Shown: in pieces, positions 12,405 to 26,016 of the stretch | How the letters are laid out: each line of letters starts with the position of its first letter | How positions within the stretch are numbered: the stretch's first letter is position 1 | NCBI GenBank assembly: GCA_024137785.1 | Contig: JAHRHZ010000025.1 | Location: 23,420,219-23,484,218 of the forward strand | Length of the DNA stretch: 64,000 bases | DNA from: Ginglymostoma cirratum | Taxonomy: Eukaryota | Direction: 5' to 3' | Notes under the pieces: generated by a model | What the model saw: the letters and a program-made list of their open reading frames with translations, nothing else | Told to the model about the DNA's origin: nothing | Databases searched by the model: none | Made by a program: the position numbers and the translations under genes

Positions 12405-13020
12405 TAAGGTTAGGGAGCCGAAAGGGTAGAGTGTCAAGTGGGTATGGTGCAGGGATCCAGGTAGATATGGGGTCAGAAGCAGGCTGGAAAGGGGGTACTG
12501 GAGTGTTTAGTAAAGGTGTGGGTGTGTGGGAGATAGGGTCCAGTAGTGGGTAAGGAGAGGGAGTGTCAGGGTTCAGAGAAGGGGTAACAGGGAAGCTGGT
12601 TCCAGTGATGGGGCTGCAGTGTTGGGTGCAGAGCTGTAAATATCTGGTCTGGCAGCAGGGGAAGGGAGGTTGGGCCTGTAGCAAGGGAAATTGGATGTTG
12701 GCTCTGGAGTAGGGGAGATCAGATTCATCAGTAGGACCAGATCAGAGGGTGTCAAACTCGGAGCAAGGAAATGGAGAAGTTAGGTCCAGAACAGGAGAAG
12801 AGGTTGGTTTCATGGGTAAGTGGAGGGGGGCATGGCTTTCCAGGGACCAGGAGTGGACTAGGGAAGTTTGGGTCTAGAACAGGACAAAGGGTCAAATCCC
12901 AGAATTGAGGGGGTAATCTGCCCCAACGGTGGGAGTGTGTTGGGTCCATGAGGAGGTGCTGGAGTTTAAGGGATCAGGAGAGGTGTGGGAGAGGGAATTT
13001 GAGGCAATTTGGAGGTCTGT
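12405..13020 (+). repeat. G/purine-rich low-complexity tract
   Basis: Strong G over C skew with recurring gggtc/ggggt words; gives spurious proline-rich ORFs on the minus strand. Confidence 0.6.
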
Positions 13021-13777
13021 TTAATAAATAGTCAGGAGCTAGACTAGATCTTTTGATAGTCTAACATTTTTGGAGTAACTTTTTACTTGAAGGGGGAAAC
13101 CAAATTCTCCAATTTAAATTAATACTTCTGGTGGGTTTCAAACAAGCTGGAATTGCCCACTGAAATCTTCATTTCCCAGACAATCCTTTCAGACTCTGCT
13201 CCGATGGGGATGCTGCAGGGTTCCCATATTCAAATCCCATTAAAGCTTCAGAAATGGTTATCTGGTCAATGGAAAATCCAGGCCACTGTTCCCTCTAAAT
13301 TTACAAAGAAAACCATTTCCCTTTGTTCTTCAAACTGGGTGCAAGTTGAATTTGTTGTCTCTCACCAAAACTTACTTTTAACATGCGTCTCTTTTATCCC
13401 TATTTTCAGAAGGAATATATGCATTTTCCCCATCTTCATTTGTTCACTCACAGTCAACCATTTCCACACTTTCAATCTATGTACTTAGTACTGATTGAGA
13501 ACAAGATTCGTATTATATCCATACTTTTATTTGTTTAGAAATCCTAGTGCTGTTTCAGAACCACCTTACAATGAATAAAATTCAATGCAGGGACTAAGCT
13601 GAATAACACCTGGCTTTTATCTGTCAGTCTCAGTGCTTGTTTCCTCAAGGTCAACTAAATGTATATATCTTAATAATTCAATTGCTTATTCTTTGCCCAG
13701 CTTAACTATCACCTCTTTCATTTTTTTTCTGTCATTGTGTTTTCTCTTTCACTGCCAATTTAATAATTACAGACATT

Positions 13778-14088
13778 ACAGTGGCTCAGTGGTTAGTACT
13801 GCTGCCTCACAGTGCTAGGGACTTGGGTTTGATTCCACACTTGGGTGACTGTGTGTGGAGTTTGCACATTCTCCTCCTGTCTGCATGGATTTCCCCTGGG
13901 TGCTCCAGTTCCTCCCACAGTCCAAAGATGTGCAGGTTAGGTGGATTGGCCATGCTAAATTGCCTGTAGTGTTCAGGGAGGTGTAGATTAGGTGGGTTAT
14001 AGGGGGATGGGTCTGGGTGGGATGCTCTGAGGGTCAGTGTGGACTTGTTGGGCTGAAGGGCCTGTTTCTCACACTATAGGGATTCTAC
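13778..14088 (+). mobile_element. Near full-length HE1/V-SINE
   Basis: tRNA head gtggctcagtggttag, V domain gtgtggagtttgcacattctcc..cctcccacagtccaaagatgtgcaggttagg, CR1-like tail. Confidence 0.9.
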
Positions 14089-14489
14089 AATTAGAATTAA
14101 GACAAGCAACTTTCACTGAATCTATAGTTACATTAAGGTGTGTCCAAATTGGCCTCATATAAAAATACATGCAGAGATAAAGACAGAGACGTATGGAGAT
14201 AACTGCCCATACATACAATGGCAGATGTTATATATGGCCCTCTGCCTACACAAACAGCTCATAAATATAGCTTTTACGGTTCTGTATCTTTTTAGTCATT
14301 TTAATAACAAAATCCAAGGTGAAGGTTGTTAGAATCCAAGCAAAGTAATCCTTGGCAACGCATGGTGTTATATGGGATGCCTCTATTGACAATATGTACT
14401 AGCTGTTACTTGTGGTTATAAATTGAATATACAAGCCTCTGCTGATGAATCACACTGGTTAATGCACTAACTCAATGTCTTACCAGCAC

Positions 14490-14650
14490 AGGACTGTTCT
14501 GGTCAGATCCCTGGTCTGTACTGAGCTAACTGTCCTAAGTGGAACACAGAATGCCTTCAGAATCTGTTCAAATCCCCATTCAGTGACCCCTGCTGGAAAG
14601 TGCACATGTGCAGCCATCACAAGGAGCAGGATCATGTGGTACAGCTGAAC
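14490..14650 (+). mobile_element. Old SINE-like repeat, unclassified
   Basis: gtctgtactgagctaa..cagtgacccctgctggaaa also seen at 53005-53280. Confidence 0.5.
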
Positions 14651-16853
14651 AGCTCTGCTTCTTCTACCACACTGACAGCGTATATCCCATTTAGCACAGT
14701 CTACTGAAGCAAAAGTGGATTTTGAGTGATGAGATCAAGTACCGAACCTGGTTGTCAGTGGCATGGGGGTGTACCTCCATGGCTTGATAGAACTGTTGCT
14801 CATCACTATTAGCACGTTCCACATGAAGTAGATAAAACAAAAATATACTTTTATTTGCATAACATATTTTCATTCCAATAAAAAAATGCTTATGCTGCAC
14901 TACACTGCGCCTGGGATTTTTTTTATAACATTGAAGCCTCGGAAGCAGAACGATTGAGAACTGTTTTACCTGAAGAATGCAGAAACTGTGTCAATAACAG
15001 AAGCTATGGAGAAATCAAACTTAGAATGTGTCAGTCAGTTACTAAGCTTCAAAAAAGGGCATCATTGACATTGGGAAGGGGGGGAAGGTTGTGAAAGGCC
15101 CTTCATAAATGTAAATTACTACCTTTACTGTAAAAATGACTAGTCATAACCTACCAAATAGAGGAAGAAATATAACCCGATATTTCATCTGGATTACAAT
15201 GTAGCCTAACAATGTTAAATTACATTTATCCATACACCACATTCTGGGCACTTCGACTGAAACTGACACACAGATTTTGTCTGGATGATCATTTGCTCTA
15301 CCAGGATGCTAAGCGCTATGTTGATCAAAGAAGAGGGACCTCCAGCTAAAAGTAACGAAAGAAAATGAAGAGAAAGCAAATACTATTTTGGTTTGAACTA
15401 TGAAACACTCTCCTTTCACCAGCTGGCCCAAGTGCATCACTGCTGGAGGCCATGGAGATCTTAGCATTCGCCCACCCATCGGCTCTCCCAGGGTCTAGTG
15501 TGCACAGTCTCAGATAATACAAAGGGGAAATAATGGAGAGAAAATACACTGAAAAAGCATTGCCCCAAAAAACCTACCCCAACACTCAGCTGTTACTGCT
15601 GCTAATAACGGTAAGAATCACCTAATAAATTTGAAAGGCTGTTTTCTCCCTGTTGTGTTTCGTTAAATCTCTTCACATAAAGAAGGGGATTACTTGTTCT
15701 TTTAGGGGAAAAAGGGAAAGCAGTCTTCAACAAAATAAAACTCAGACCATTCAATAAAAAGCAATAAAACAAATGTGGCCTAAATGCCCCCCTCCCATCC
15801 CCCAGCCTGGTCAAGCAGTAGAATAGAGCAGAGTTTCAGAAATATCACTGGAACTAAAACATTTTTAAGAGAATGCATTCATAAGCCACGACTCAAATGT
15901 CATGCATGTTTCCCTAATCCCAATGGCCATGAAAGTGTTGTCTCAATAAGGCAGCTGTATTAGCCGCAATCGAAAAGTTTTAGGCTTGACACATACTGGC
16001 TTTACTAAGAGGGAATCATGAGCCAAACAGCTGCACTGTGAATAGCCTGAGAGGGATTCATGGCTTGATCTACTCTGGAGTATAAACTGTTTTTCTCGCC
16101 ACCATTCCATTCAAATGTTTAATGCAGAAAAGAGCAGCAAAATGGGTACAAGTTTAAAGAGCATGCAAGCAAATTGGTGACAATAGATGGAACAAAGGAG
16201 TTCAAACGATTGAAGTTAATCTCTAAGAGTTTGGTAATAAATTCAGTAAAGCTGTGTGAAAATTTGGATTAACCTCTCCCTCTTGGGAGATTTAATGTCC
16301 AGGTTTAGCATTGGGAAGATCCAAATGAAATGGACGTATCACCAGTTCCGATACTCTGGAAGAAATTTATAAATAGGAATACCTTTATGAAATGAAGATC
16401 AGCTTCAGCATTCAACGGGTGAAATTGTTTTGTTTCCAATGTCATTAAGCCAGACTTCACCTCTTGTGTTTGGAACAATGGTGCCAGTGAGGTTTACCAC
16501 TTGTAAATTTACTAATGCCTATTATTGTTGTTTTCCTTGTCACTGTTCAACAGGTTTATATCAAAACATTATCTTAGGAGTCTGGGGACTGGGAATGCCC
16601 TCCTGATATAGAACTCTCTATTCTTTTTAAAACGGTTGTTTTCTGAAGAAGTGGGAAGATCATTCTTGTACTTTTACTGAACTCCTTTCTCAAAGTTGTC
16701 AGGAAAGCACACGATCCATCTTTATAATTTTTTTTAAGACTGCAATCACCAAACACTTGAATCAGCTTGCTTCTTTCCCACTCATATGTTCCTCTCCTAG
16801 ATCAATACAGAACAATGTGGACCATGTGCTTCTCCAAGCCCATTTTGTTAATA

Positions 16854-17074
16854 AACAAAAACAGAAATTGCTGGAGAAACTCAGCAGGTCTGGCAGGATC
16901 CCTGGAGTGGAAACAAAGTTAACATTTTGAGTCCAGTGACCCTTCTTCCGAACTGGTCCCTGGAATCAATGTTAACTCTGTTCTCTCTCCCGAGATGTTG
17001 CCAGACCTGTTGAGCTCCTTTCACAATTTCTGTTCTTGTTTGTTTCAGATCTCCAGCAGCTGCAGTTCTTTGTT
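16854..17074. mobile_element. Fold-back PLE-derived mini-element with 14 bp TSD
   Basis: Inverted arms of the 5374 family; ccattttgttaata (16840) versus ccatattgtgaata (17075). Confidence 0.8.
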
Positions 17075-17884
17075 CCATATTGTGAATAGTCCACATCATG
17101 AAGAATGATTTTTATGGTACAATACATTTCCTCACTAGAGTATAGACCGTCTAAAAAAAATTTGCTGGCACCAATGCTCTGCTAATGACTGTCAACTATG
17201 TATGCTCATTGCCGATTATTTTTAAATGTGCATGCGCACACACGCAGATTTGTAAAAACTAAAGTAAATGTTCTGCTTTATCTAACACTTTATTTCTCTT
17301 ACCTAGTATACGTTTTCATTAAAGTTATTATTTTTATTACATACTTGTCACCATTTGTTAAAATATATTTGTGGGAGATCCTGCTGGTGTGTATGTTCCC
17401 TGGTGTTAGCAGGCACAGCCACTAAAAAAAAGGGTCCAGTACCAAGGATTTTAGATTTCTGGAGCTTTGGAACTGGCTCTGGGGCAGGTGGGACCTGTAT
17501 AAGAAGGATGGTTTACACCTTTGTAGGACTAGGACGAATGAGCTCATGTGGAAATTCGTCAGTATTTTTGGGGAGGGTTTAAACTAGCTTGTCAGTGGAA
17601 TTGGAGCCGTGAGGGAATTCAGATAGGATCACAAGTAAACTGGGAAGTAGCAAAGCTGTAAATTAAAATGGAAAGCAGCAGGGAAAAAAAAAGTCAAGCA
17701 ATTAAGCAAGCAGAATCAACCAGGCCAAATTATTGAAGAATGTTAAAAAGGCAGAATTAAAAGCATTCCATCTTAATGCATTTAGCATTCAACAGTACTG
17801 GGGGAATTGATGGTGCTAGTCAAAATAAGAATATGGTTTAATTGACCTGGTGGGTGTGGCTGAGAAACAGCAAGGAGCAGCAAA

Positions 17885-19118
17885 CAGAATCATTGAGATG
17901 CACAGCACGGAAACAGACCCTTCAGTCCAACTCGTCCATGTCAACCAGATATCCTAAATTAATCTAGTCCCATTTGCCAGCATTTGGCCCATATCCCTCT
18001 AAACCCTTCCCATTCATGTACCCATCCAGATGCCTTTTAAATATTGTAACTGTACCAGCCTTCACAGCTTCTTCTAGCCGTTCATTCCATACATGCGCCA
18101 CACTCTGCATGCAAAAGTTGCCCCTTTGGTCCCTTTTAAACCTTTCCCTTCTCACTTTTAACCAATGCCCTCTAGTTTTGGACTCCCCTACCCTGGGGAA
18201 AAGACCTTGGCTATTCACTCTATCAATGCCCCTCGTGTTTTTATAAACCTCTATAACTTCACCCCTCAGCCTCCAATGCTCCAAGGAAAATAGCCCTGGC
18301 CTATTCAGCCTCTCCCTATAGCATGGACTATTTTCTGAACAGTGAGAAAATTCATAAAGCCGAAGTACAAAGGGATCTGGGAGTGCTAGTACAGGATTCT
18401 CTAAAGGTTAACTTGCAGGTTGAGTCTGTGATTAAGAAAGCGAATGGAATGTTGTCATTTATCTCAAGAGGGTTGGAATATAAAAGCAGCGATGTGCTTC
18501 TGAGACTTTATAAAGCTCTAGTTAGGCCCCATTTAGAATACTGTGTCCAATTTTAGGCCCCACACCTCAGGAAGGACATACTGGCACTGGAGCGTGTCCA
18601 GCGGAGATTCACACGGATGATCCCTGGAATGGTAGGCCTAACATATGATGAACGGCTGAGGATCCTGGAATTGTATTCATTAGAGTTTAGAAGGTTGAGG
18701 GGAGATCTAATAGATACTTACAAGATAATGCATGGCTTAGAAAGGGTAGACGCTGGGAAGCTGTTTCCGTTAGGTGGGGATACTAGGACCCGTGGGCACA
18801 GCCTTAGAATTAGAGGAGACATTTCTTCAGCCAGAGTGTGGTGGGCCTGTGGAATTCATTGCCACGGAGCACAGTGGAGGCCGGGACGTTGAATGTCTTC
18901 AAGGCAGAGATTGATAAATTCTTGATCTCGCAAGGAATCAAGGGCTACGGGGAGAGTGCGGGTAAGTGGAGTTGAAATGCCCATCAGCCATGATTAAATG
19001 GCGGAGTGGACTCGATGGGCCGAATGGCCTCACTTCCACTCCTATGTCTTATGGCTCAAACCCTCCAAACCCAGCAACATCCTTATAAACCTTTTCTGCA
19101 CACTTTCAGGTTTAACAT
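17885..19118 (-). mobile_element. CR1 3' fragment, split by the 18323-19052 insertion
   Basis: ORF 17964-18284 LRGEVIEVYK..TRGHWLKVRR; sequence breaks at ctatagc (18322) and resumes at tcaaaccctcc (about 19056). Confidence 0.88.
18323..19052 (+). mobile_element. Young CR1 3' fragment nested in another CR1
   Basis: QRDLGVLVQDSLK..LYKALVRPHLEYCVQF; CpG sites largely retained. Confidence 0.92.
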
Positions 19119-19695
19119 GTTGGTAAGAGTGGCTTAAAGGCCATCAAAAAGTAACAGTAATTAGGGCACAGTATGACAAGAAATTAGAGGTGGATGTCGC
19201 AAGGAGAATACAATAATCATAGGTAACTTCAACCTACATAAAGACTGGGTAAATCTGAAGAACATCATAGCTGTGGAGGAAGAATTCTGGAATGTGTTTG
19301 GTATAGTTTTCTGGAGCAATATGTTGAGAAATCAACTAGGGCACAGGTTATATTAGATCTAGCGTTATGCAATGAGAAAGGGCTAATTAATAATTTTGCT
19401 GTAAAAGAACACGTGGGGAATAGTGACCATAGTATAGTAGAATTTTCCATTAAGTTTTAAAAAGGCATTGTTCAATATGAAGCAAGGTTCTTAAGTCTAT
19501 AAAAAGACACTTACAAAGGCATGAGAAGGATGTTGGCTGGTTTGAAAAAATACATTAAAAGGCTAAATGGTAAACAGTCAAATAGTGAATATTTAAAGGA
19601 TTAATGCTTGGTTTTCAAAAAAACATACATTCCTTTAAGGTCAAACAGCCATAAAAGGAAAAGCAAGGCAGCCATGGTTAACAAGGGAAGTTAAA

Positions 19696-20678
19696 CATAG
19701 AAACATAGGAACGTAGACGACAGGAGCAGGAGGAGGCCATTCAGCCCTTCAAGCCTGCTTCACCATTCTTCACGATCATGGCTGATTGTCCAACTCAATA
19801 GCCTAATCCTGTTTTCTCCCCATAACCTTTGATCCCATTTGCTCCAAGTCCTATATCTTGTTGCCTCTTGAATACATTCAATGTTTTGGCATCAACTACT
19901 TTCTGTGGTAAAGAATTCCACAGGCTCACCACTTTCTGGGTGAAGAAATGTCTTCTCACCTCCGTCCTAAATCATCTACCCTGAATCCTCATACTGTGAC
20001 CCTTGGTTCTGGACACACGCACCATCGGGAATATCCTCCCTGCATCTACCCTGTCCAGTCCTGTTAGAATTTTACAAGTGTCTATGAGATCCCACCTCAT
20101 TCCTCTGAACTTATAGCATAAACAGTTAATCTCTCCTCATATGTCAGACCCGCGATCTCCAGAATCAGCCTGGTAAACCTTCACTGCACTCCCTCAAGAG
20201 CAAGACCATCCTTCCTCAGTAAAGGATACCAAAATTACACACAATATTGTAGGTGTGGTCTCACCAAGGCTCTGTATAACTGCAACAACATATCCCTGCT
20301 CCTGTATTCGAAACCTCTTACAATGAAGGCTAACATACCATTTGCCTTCTTTACTGCCTGTTGCACCTGCATGCTTACCTTCAGTAACTGGTGCGCAAGG
20401 ACGTCCAGGTCTGCTGCACACTCCCCTCTCCCAATTTACAGCGATTCCTCTTGTTTTTGCTTCCAAAGTGAATAACTTCATATTTATCCAAATTATACTG
20501 CATCTGCCATTGATTTGCCCATTTATCCGACCTGTCGGATGCTGACGGGTCTCTGCATCCTCATCACAGTTTACCCTCCCACCCAACTTGGTATCATCTG
20601 CAAACTTGGAGATGTTACACTTTGTCCCCTAATCTAAATCATTAATGTATATTGTGAATAGCTGGAGTATCAGCACCT
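19696..20678 (-). mobile_element. CR1 3' fragment
   Basis: Reverse-complement tail acatagaaacatagga; reverse transcriptase motif SKFADDTKLGG near 20580-20610. Confidence 0.9.
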
Positions 20679-22257
20679 AAAGATAGTATTAGATTAAAAG
20701 AAAGTGGCTTATAAAATTGCTTTAAAAATGTTATAAACTGCCGAACTGGGGCCCCTTAGACTCTGAGATACGACCGTTTGGTTGAAGCATATGCAGAATG
20801 TATGCTGCATAAACTGCAGGCACATGCTGTACATGTGATGTTGTTGTAGCACAGTGACATACACCAACATATCCACTCCCTTGACTGATCATTGCTGGTA
20901 AACATGACAAGCTGCCCATCTTTCACTAAAAGACAAGACATGACACAGATATGATGAGTCTGTAAGTATTGAATGAATTGCTAATATGCAAAAAGACAAA
21001 GCAAGATAGAGATTCCAGTTAACAGAATGTAAGTGCATGCTAAGAAAGCAAGCTAAGAACCCTGAAATTCACCCTATTTCGATGCATGTTAGATAGGTGC
21101 ATGTTCCTGCACAGAAAGTAGCCTTGCAGTAGTATTGCAAGGAAAGGTGTCAGTTTGCTCCAGAGTGCAGTACTGAGCTGCTATCATAAGTGAGTGGAAG
21201 GTGAGCCATGATAGTGTGGTGAGGTTGGTGTTTGCCCAAGGCCTACTCTCATGGAACTGGGGTGCAGGCAGTTGCTGCCTATAGACAAAGCCCTGAGATG
21301 TTGGGGAATGCTAACCAAAATTGTTGCCTAGAGAGGACACGAATGAGCTGCAGCTGCCGAGTATCCATTAAGACTTCCATTTCAGAAAATTACAGCTCCA
21401 GCACCCCAAGGCTCCATATCTGTATATTATAATCAACATTCCCACTTCAGTGACCTACAGGGAAACTGTGCAAATCTGTTCATGTTCTTGATATCACCTT
21501 AAAAACAGTCAACTGAATCTAGTTAGTATTTTTTTAGCTATGACTTAATACTGCACTGGCCAACACACTGCTATAAGGAAAATTGTTACAAGATCATTAA
21601 GAACATGCCTTCTTTTAAAAAATCAAAAGACCAAGCAGCATTCCAGAAAATACTCACATCTCTTCACTTCATTTGCCCTTGATTGTCTGACTCCACAACT
21701 AACCCTATCACGTTTTATTTGATAACACTTAGAATCTCCTCAAAATTAGTTACAAAGACGGAAAATGCAAATTGCTGCAGAATGCAAATGTTTCACAAAT
21801 GAACTTTGTTATCTTTGTTATTAAGTTGCCATGAGATTGCTACAAAAGCTCTTCCGAAGCAATATTTGAAACTTGACTAAATATCAAAATTAATTTTGCC
21901 AAATGTTTTCAATGAATTGCAATGGTGTGTTCAAAGAATGTCACTTGAATGTGAAGTTTTATTGATTGCACAGTGTTTGACATTGCATTTCAAACTGAAA
22001 CATAGAGCTGTATTTATTTAAACCAATATCTAGATTTATGCTGAGGAAGGTTTTCTGTTTATTTATCATTCCAAAAATAAAATCACCCTAAGGCACTGAG
22101 GCTTCTGTGTCCCACTGTTATTAGATGTGTAACAAGACAGGCTGCACTCCTGTGATAAAAGCCCAACTACAGCATAAGCTCTGTACAACCTCACAAAGGA
22201 CGTGTTTAGCGCTGGCCAGCAAAGTAGCAGATTTGGGAATCTGGTTACCTTACAGCC

Positions 22258-23330
22258 CATAGAAAACTTAGCACAGAGGAAGCAGCCAACTGGCCCATCA
22301 TATCTGTGTTGGCTTGGAAAGCATTAAGCCTAATCAGACCTGCAAGCTATTGGTTCTGTGAGTGATGGTACTCCTAATACATATCCAAGCATTTAATAAA
22401 TGTGATAAGGGTTTTTGTTTCTACCAGCCTTTCAGGCAAGAAATTCCAGACAACCCCACCATCTGGATGAAAGAAATTTTCATCAACACTCCTCTCATCC
22501 TTCTACTAATATTATAAATTATTGACCTCTTCACAAAGGGAAACAGATCTTCTTATCCACTTTGTCTCAGTCCCAAGTAAATTGATAATCTGATTCAGTC
22601 TCCCCTCAGCCTTCCTCTTCCAAAGCAACACCCCCTGCCTATCCAACCTTTCCTCAGAATTAAAATTCTCCATTGCTGATAGCATTTTCCTGAATTTGCT
22701 TTGTACCTTTGCCAGTGCAATCCCATCCTTATTGTTATAGTTAAGTAGTGATGCTTTTAATAGTTCAAATATAAGCTCCCCACTGTAATATTTTATACTA
22801 TATAACGAAGACAGGAAGAATCCCACATGCCTTTTAATGACTTTCCTTTCCATCCTGTAATCTCCAATTTCCCACCAGAAACAATCTTCCTGGCATAAAA
22901 ATCATCTGTCAACTATTACACTTTTCTTCATCCCTCTGAATCAATTGAGAATATCCCACTTGCCCTTGGCTCCCATAGGTTTTTACATCCCTTCCACATG
23001 GAACACTGTCAAAAGCCTTGCTGTGTGTTTCACATGAGTTTCCCTCAACCACCATCCATGTCACTACCTCCAAAACCTCAATAGTTAATCGTACAGTAAC
23101 TTTGTTCAACAAATTCATGTTGACTGCACTTGATTAATTTGTGCCTTCTAAATAACAACAGTTTTTCAAACTTTTTAAAAATGATTTTACCAAAGTTGGG
23201 CTGACTGGCCAGGAACCCTTCCTACTTCTGTAAATAACGGTATAACATTACAAATTCTGGCTGGCACTATACCTGTAGCCAAAGAAGATTGGAAAATGAT
23301 TGGCAGGGTCTGCTATTTCCTCCCTGCACT
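22258..23330 (-). mobile_element. Decayed CR1 fragments
   Basis: KAFDSVP at about 23000; EERLDRQG; CR1 tail at the left end. Confidence 0.7.
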
Positions 23331-24259
23331 ATATTCATTAAGATCCATGGTCATGTATTGTGCCTCCACAATCTTAATGAGACACTGGAAATCTTGTCTG
23401 CCATGCAAACAGCCAGCAAGAAACTCAAGCTGCTTCTTTTTGGGATAGTCAACCGATCAGGGAGTGGCAGACCTTTCTCTGGAATCAATCCCCAGGATCG
23501 AGGTCCCAACTACTGTGAGTTGCCAGACAATCAGAAGGCAACTTTTTTGCTCAATGGGCCAATGGGAAGGCAGAGGCTGCTGCCAGAACAACAGGCACCA
23601 GAGTCCAAGGAATAAGGAGAGACCCAGGTCACAGGTAGTTATGTTACGAAGATTTATGCAAGTTGCAGGGGTAGGGGAATAGGAATATAGGTATTTGGTA
23701 GCAAGTCAATGGGAGGGGTGTAGCATTGGGTGTGGCTCTCAGCAGGCTTCCAGATGTCATGTTCTGAGATAAACCACAGAGCGCCTTGATCAAGGAACCA
23801 CCACTAACCTTTTGAGATAATGAGATGGCAACACAATTTTACCTGTTGGGTACTTTGCATGGCAACTGGCCCAGCTACATTAGGTATAATACCAGCAGTG
23901 GCCAGATAAAGCTCTTTAGTGGTCTTTCATTTGCCACTTTAAGATGTTAATTGGAATCAGGATGAGAAAGTCGACCATAGGCCATGAACCCTGATTTAAT
24001 TATGGCCGAGGTGAAAAGGGTTCTGTATGCCACTATCCAACATGCCCTGCCCTTACCAATTACAAGCTCTTCCACCCTCAAGGTTCACCATGAGACAGGG
24101 AAAAAGATCCTATTCAGTGTTACTATCAGCTCTTTACTGAATGGATGTCTGTGTGCTCACTCTCCTCTCCACTTTAGCAAGTCATAACTATCTGATCCAA
24201 ATCTAAATGTTCTGTCTAGCAAAAGCATATGAAAGAAAACATTTTCCATTATCTTTGAG

Positions 24260-24385
24260 TTCTGAGGTAGTCAGACTGGAGCCAAAACATTATCTTTGTT
24301 TCCCTCTCCACAGATGCTGCCAGATCTGCTGAGTTTCTCCAGCATTCTCTGTCTTTCAGATCTCCAGCATCTGCAGCATTTTGCA
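24260..24385 (+). mobile_element. PLE terminal fragment with decayed hammerhead core
   Basis: agttctgagg..aaaacatta..cacagatgctgccagatctgctgagtttctccagca..ccagcatctgcag. Confidence 0.75.
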
Positions 24386-24794
24386 TTCATCTAAATATTC
24401 GCATCCCTCCTTCCTCCCCCCATGCTCACTCGTCCATTTGTGAAACACTATAAGGAGATTTTTTTCAAATGAGGTATTATATATGGTGATTTTTTTTTGC
24501 GGTTGTTTCTAGAAGCATTTAGCAGTGGTTCAGGAAATAGAAAGCATTTGGCACAAACAACCTTCCTCAGGCTTGGCCAAGTCAGGCAGATTCTGAATCA
24601 TTCAATGTGCCTGGAAACTCTACTCTGACAAATACAGTTTTCACTGCACAGTTGAGGCATCTTTGCACAATGGCTTTTTGCAGTGAAAATGTACTGTTTA
24701 TTTTATTGCCTGATCTCCGCTGTTTTCAAATTTTTCTGTGCCTTCCAGCATCTTCTGCCTAAGGGCTGGAGTGGAACCAATAACAAGTTCCCTA

Positions 24795-25115
24795 GCACTG
24801 CTGCCTCGCAGCATCAGGAATCCGGGTTCAATTCCAGCCTTGGGTGACTGTCTGTTTGGAGTTTGCACATTCTCCCAGTGTCTGCGTGGGTTTCCTTCGG
24901 GTGCTCCGGTTCTCACTCACAATCCAAAGATGTGCAGATTAGGTGGATTGGCCATGCTAAATTGCCCATAGTGCGCAGGAATGTGCTGGCTAGGTTAATT
25001 AACCATGCGAAAGGCAGGGTTACAGGGATAGGGTAGGTGGGTGTGATGCTCTTCAGAGGGTGGCTGTGGACTCAATGGACTGAATGGCCTGCTTCCATGC
25101 TGTAGGGCCTCTATG
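24795..25115 (+). mobile_element. HE1/V-SINE
   Basis: B-box gggttcaattcc, V domain and CR1-like tail. Confidence 0.9.
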
Positions 25116-25204
25116 ATTTAAGCCTCTGGGTTTAGCTGGCTGCTAGGCAGGACATAGGAAATTACCAGCACAAGACTCTTAATCTCAGGTTCATAGATTT
25201 GAGC

Positions 25205-25320
25205 CAGTGTCTCTTGGCAATGCAGTTGTAGTGTCCCTACCTGTACGCCAGAAGGTCCAGGTTTAAGACACATCTTTCCTGGAGATACATCATCACATAC
25301 CTGAACAGGCCAATGAAAAC
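25205..25320 (+). mobile_element. Short tRNA-like SINE unit (monomer of the 34486 cluster family)
   Basis: gtagtgtccctacc..ccagaaggtccaggtttaag..ctgaacagg matches units at 34486-34900. Confidence 0.6.
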
Positions 25321-25439
25321 AGCCAGAGGAAATGACTGAGCTCACCTATCTGTCCCATGTCACTATCGTTTGTGTTCATCCTGGGTGCATCTTGTTATCG
25401 CCACCTGAAACTTGTGTGAGATGCAAACTCATACACTTA

Positions 25440-25645
25440 AACGTTTTCACGCAGAGGGTAGTGGGAATCTGGAATATATCACCTGGGAGAGTAGTTGAGA
25501 CAGGAAACTTCATAACGTTTATGGATGAGCACTTGAAATGTCAGTAACATTCAAGGCTAGGGGCCAAGTGCTGTAAAGTGGGATTAATGTAGGTTGGTGC
25601 AGAGTCGATGGGCTGAAGGACCTCTTCTGTGCTGTATGACTCTTT
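25440..25645 (+). mobile_element. CR1 3' end
   Basis: NVFTQRVVGIWN and CR1 tail. Confidence 0.8.
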
Positions 25646-26016
25646 GCTATGCTGTTTGATAGTTTGTGTTTCAGTTTAAAATCTAATCCTCCTTTCTCCA
25701 CATCCATTCAAACTTTTGTAATTCCACAAGTTGTGCCTGTACCCAGCCTTTGATTCTGTTAAGTAGCTGTGCTCCTGGCACAAAGCAGTGAGACTAGTAT
25801 GAGCTCACATTAGCCTGCATTATAAGTATGTGCTAGAAATCACTACAAAAGAGAAGTGGACCTTGGAAAGACACAAGAGTGACACAGATTGTAGAGAGAG
25901 ACTTCAAAAATTATTCAATAGTTCCCTGCAGGAAGCCATTGGTCAAGTAAGTGGAAAGGTTGAAAGAGGTATTCTATCAACAAGAGGTCATAAATTCTCC
26001 AGACAACATCTTAGAA

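Larger units (their letters stand above)
17440..20740 (+). mobile_element. Old CR1 5' half (ORF1 SGNH-esterase end plus APE endonuclease), interrupted by three younger CR1s
   Basis: WGRWDLYKKDGLHL...GEGLN* at 17480-17587; IIIGNFNLH and ILDLALCNEKGLINN..GNSDHSIVEF at 19210-19450; resumes at 20680. Confidence 0.8.

Noticed and set aside
12322-12949. Proline-rich ORFs
   Set aside because: By-product of the G-rich low-complexity strand bias
13778-13850. tRNA gene
   Set aside because: The tRNA-like sequence is the head of a V-SINE and continues into the SINE body
14748-14805. 58 bp minus-strand exon (DEQQFYQAMEVHPHATDNQ)
   Set aside because: Weak donor (gttcgg), peptide not recognised, no supporting neighbouring exons
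23340-24110. Probable old non-autonomous DNA transposon remnants (also 28080-29480 and 52040-52400)
   Set aside because: They resemble decayed Harbinger-type repeats, but I could not fix termini or family from the sequence alone
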